Source of the DNA: Callorhinchus milii
Taxonomy: Eukaryota
Reading direction: 5' to 3'
Assembly: GCF_018977255.1 (NCBI RefSeq)
Contig: NW_024704742.1
Location: 39,930,001-39,994,000 of the forward strand
DNA: 64,000 nt
In this document: positions 63,285-64,000 of the stretch, one piece after another
Layout of the letters: each line of letters starts with the position of its first letter
Numbering within the stretch: position 1 is the stretch's first letter
Notes under the pieces: generated by a model
Database searches by the model: none
What the model was told of the DNA's origin: nothing
The model's input: the letters and a program-made list of their open reading frames with translations, nothing else
Translations under genes and position numbers: made by a program

Positions 63285-63670
63285 TGTCTTCCTGTAGATT
63301 TCAAGGTCCTCATTCTCACCTACAAATCCATCTAATCCCTTGTATTTCCTTATCTCTCCGATCTTCTGCTACTCTACTTCTCTGCTCATCCTCTCTGAGT
63401 GTTCAACTAACGTGGACTTGCTGCACGTCCCCTGTCCTCTCTGTGCCAGTGGCATTGCTTTTAGTTCCTGTGCTCTTAACCTCTGAAACACTGTACCTCT
63501 ATCGCTCCATATCACCCACACCCCCTGCTCTCTTTGTCACACCTCAAATACTCAAATTGAAAAAGCACCTCTGGCCGTCTCCCCTCTCCCTTACTCAGTA
63601 TCCAATTCTGTCCCTGTAGAGCACTCAGTAATGTTACGCGATGTGAAAGGTGCAATACAAATGCATGTTT
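63285..63670 (+). mobile_element. Degenerate L2 3' end
   Basis: DFKVLILTYKS-like segment and GTGAAAGGTGCAATACAAATGCA tail. Confidence 0.7.
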
Positions 63671-63699
63671 TGAATTTTCATTCACCATATAGTAACGGA

Positions 63700-64000
63700 C
63701 TTGATAAACTGTGGCTTTTTTCTTTGGTGGTCAGAAAACTGAGAGGAGACATGATAGAAATGTAAAAGATGATGGGAGGCTTAGATAGGGTGGGTATGGA
63801 AAGATTATTTCCAGGGTCAGGGGATCCAGGATGAGAATTTTAAAATCAGAACTGAGAGGTCCAGAACAGAGATTATAAAAAAAAATTCACACAGAGAGGT
63901 GGGAGTGTGTAATTCTCTGCCATAGTCAGTTGTTGGGCGACATCCATGTGCACATTCAAAAACAAGACTGGATATATGGTTAAGAGGGAATAAAGTTGAT
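63700..64000 (+). mobile_element. Degenerate CR1 fragment running off the window
   Basis: LDKLWLFSL...KLRGDMIEM and FTQR-like segments. Confidence 0.75.

Noticed and set aside
53875..64000. Upstream RAB28 exon expected to encode a ...[20 protein letters not shown]-like peptide
   Set aside because: Not found by eye on the minus strand; it probably lies beyond the window. tBLASTn would settle it.

Overview
Repeat-rich vertebrate genomic DNA. The repeat content (L2 and CR1 LINE fragments, Deu-domain tRNA-derived SINEs, Penelope-like pieces) points to a cartilaginous fish, plausibly a chimaera; the taxon is an inference. The only host gene I can support is the 3' end of RAB28 on the minus strand: a 101-nt cassette exon encoding the RAB28L-type tail (53657-53757) and the terminal exon encoding the RAB28S-type tail (coding part 53058-53150), each ending in a CaaX motif. 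Positions above ~53760 are probably RAB28 intron, and positions below ~52000 look like gene-poor downstream sequence. Nearly all ORFs in the supplied track are LINE fragments, SINE read-through or chance. Notable non-genic structures are an internally deleted Ginger-type (KRBA2/SCAND3-like) DNA transposon with 93-bp TIRs and a TATA target duplication that is split by a CR1 insertion, a degenerate hammerhead ribozyme core in a Penelope-like fragment, several perfect or near-perfect inverted repeats, and candidate conserved enhancers. I found no evidence for a complete new multi-gene system. Repeat boundaries are read by eye and are approximate unless exact motifs are quoted.
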